A stretch of 63,975 nucleotides of DNA, the filler included, from Asterionella formosa (lineage: Eukaryota), in assembly GCA_002256025.1 (NCBI GenBank). It is 7 parts of 7 records of this genome, joined end to end, with 100 filler letters (N's around TTAATTAATTAA, not from the genome) between each part and the next. Parts side by side here need not be neighbours in the genome. Positions count along the whole stretch, not along the records: positions 55,662 to 63,975 come from NKIB01012277.1; 6 more parts are not named here. One strand, written 5' to 3'. A model generated the notes under the pieces. That model was not told the origin of the DNA. It saw nothing but the letters and a program-made list of their open reading frames with translations, and made no database searches. Position 1 is the stretch's first letter, and every line of letters starts with the position of its first letter. The position numbers were made by a program, and so were the translations under genes. Below are positions 62,503 through 63,975 of this stretch, one piece after another.

Positions 62503-63828
62503 TGGTGGTGCCAATGGTTTCCTTGGTATTGTCATGGCTGCTCCTTATCTCTGATGTGCTGGTGAACCCTTTCTACCGCCCGAAAATCCCGGCACCCAGC
62601 CGCCACACAGTGCTACTGCAACACAGTCCCAAATCACTGCTGCCAACTGTCTCTTTGACACCTCCCTTGACGCATTCCACTGTTACTCCCAAATCCATGA
62701 AATTCTCCGTCAACAAATTTTAACAGCCATTGACCCTACTTACTACAACGTTCTGGAAGATACTACAATTGGATATGCCGACATCACTGTTATGACCTTG
62801 CTTGCTCACTTAGAATCTACATACTATGCAACATTGAGTGCAGATGATTTAGAACTTAATCGCATGCGCTTGGCTGATGCTTGGACACCAGAGGAACCTA
62901 TTGAACATTTATGGATCCACATCAAACATCTTTGTGCCATTGCTGATGCCGGTGGGGACCTTTCTATGACAGTACTGTCATGCGGTTGACTCTTTCTGCT
63001 TTATAACAGGCTGGTGTATATTCTCATAGCATTCAAACTTCGCATGATCGCGCTGAGATGGACTGTACATGGGTTAATTTTTGCCTGCATTTCATGCATG
63101 CTGATAAGGAACAATTGCGCCTTGCCACCGCCACCACCGCAGGTTATCATGGTGCCCACGCTGCCATTCAAACCAGTGGCCCTCCCCCACTGCCAGGGAT
63201 TGCTGCAGCTGCTCATGCTGTCCCTTCTGGATACACTTACAACAATGTCCAATTAGGCTATTGTTGGAATCATGGTCTCACCAAAAACCCTGATCATACC
63301 AGTGCAACTTGCAATCATCCATCTTCCAGCCATCAAATCACTGCCACCCTTGATCGACGTATGGGTGGCAGCATCCGAATTTTCAGTGATGGTACCTGTC
63401 CCACCCGGCCACCCCATGTTTCAACGCCACCTACACCACTTGCTTGATGTGGAGGGGAGCAAGCTGCTGTCGATAATACTATTAACACAACTTATCTCCC
63501 ATCACTTGTCCCCCCATCACACTCATAACTGATTCTGGTAGTTCTGGCAGCTACGCAAACAACCTACCACCAACCCTATCACCATTCAACTTCCTAACGG
63601 CAACCATGTTAAATCTACACATGAGGCCGAATTATCTTTACCTATGCTATTACCCGCTGCTCGTCATGTACACATTGTCCCTGGTCTGCACAATTGTTCT
63701 TTATTGAGCATTGGACAACTATGTGACTCACCAAACTGCACATGTCTGTCTTATCCAATGGTGCCATCGCTCCACCACCACTCGATTATGGCATATCACC
63801 ACCGCCACTATAGATCCACCATGATTGC
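62503..63828 (+). mobile_element. Degenerate CoDi-type Ty1/copia gag-protease fragment
   Basis: YYNVLED.TIGYADITVMTLLAHL...WTPEEPIEHLW; GYCWNHGLTKNPDHTSATC...H..TATLDRRMGGS; TDSGSSG protease; IQLPNG...LLSIGQLCD. Confidence 0.88.
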
Positions 63829-63975
63829 CTCACATGATACTACATCTACTATTGAGATTCAGCATAGAAGGAGATACGAAAATGTGCGTAACAGACTACT
63901 GTCCACATAGCTATAGTTATAGAATGATTCTGATTAGAACGCATTTCATTTTCATATCGCTCGCTCGTTTCTGCA
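63829..63975 (-). repeat. Exact inverted copy of 61802-61948 (147 bp, runs to the window edge)
   Basis: Base-by-base reverse complement; no mismatches seen. Confidence 0.93.

Overview
Eukaryotic, intron-containing DNA, most likely from a diatom. The evidence is bipartite plastid-targeting presequences, CoDi-type Ty1/copia elements, a monomeric IDH and short GT-AG introns. The window is not one locus: it is seven ~9.17-9.19 kb scaffolds joined by identical 100-bp N44-TTAATTAATTAA-N44 linkers, so adjacency across linkers is meaningless. Host genes include a sulfotransferase, a CTL/SLC44 transporter, monomeric NADP-IDH, a Gfo/Idh/MocA oxidoreductase, an NCLX/CCX exchanger, a PAO-like Rieske oxygenase, a RimP-like protein, a TAT-targeted CcmI-C-terminal-like protein, two Pro/Thr-repeat surface proteins and several hypotheticals. 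About half of the sequence is mobile DNA: five copia elements or fragments, a non-LTR RNase H fragment, a gypsy-like remnant, MITEs and a Plavaka/CACTA-like DNA transposon. Three observations stand out. (1) A DNA transposon family with CGTCTGCA...TGCAGACG ends: a large copy carries a transposase and a convergent Ulp1-like protease ORF, there is a 501-bp non-autonomous derivative, and all three visible right ends abut copia gag-region sequence. (2) Copia elements lack a canonical TGG primer-binding site and instead carry a covarying 12-bp palindrome or an anticodon-arm-like sequence. (3) A GGTACC/ACCWGGT/ACCGGT palindromic motif is concentrated upstream of host genes.
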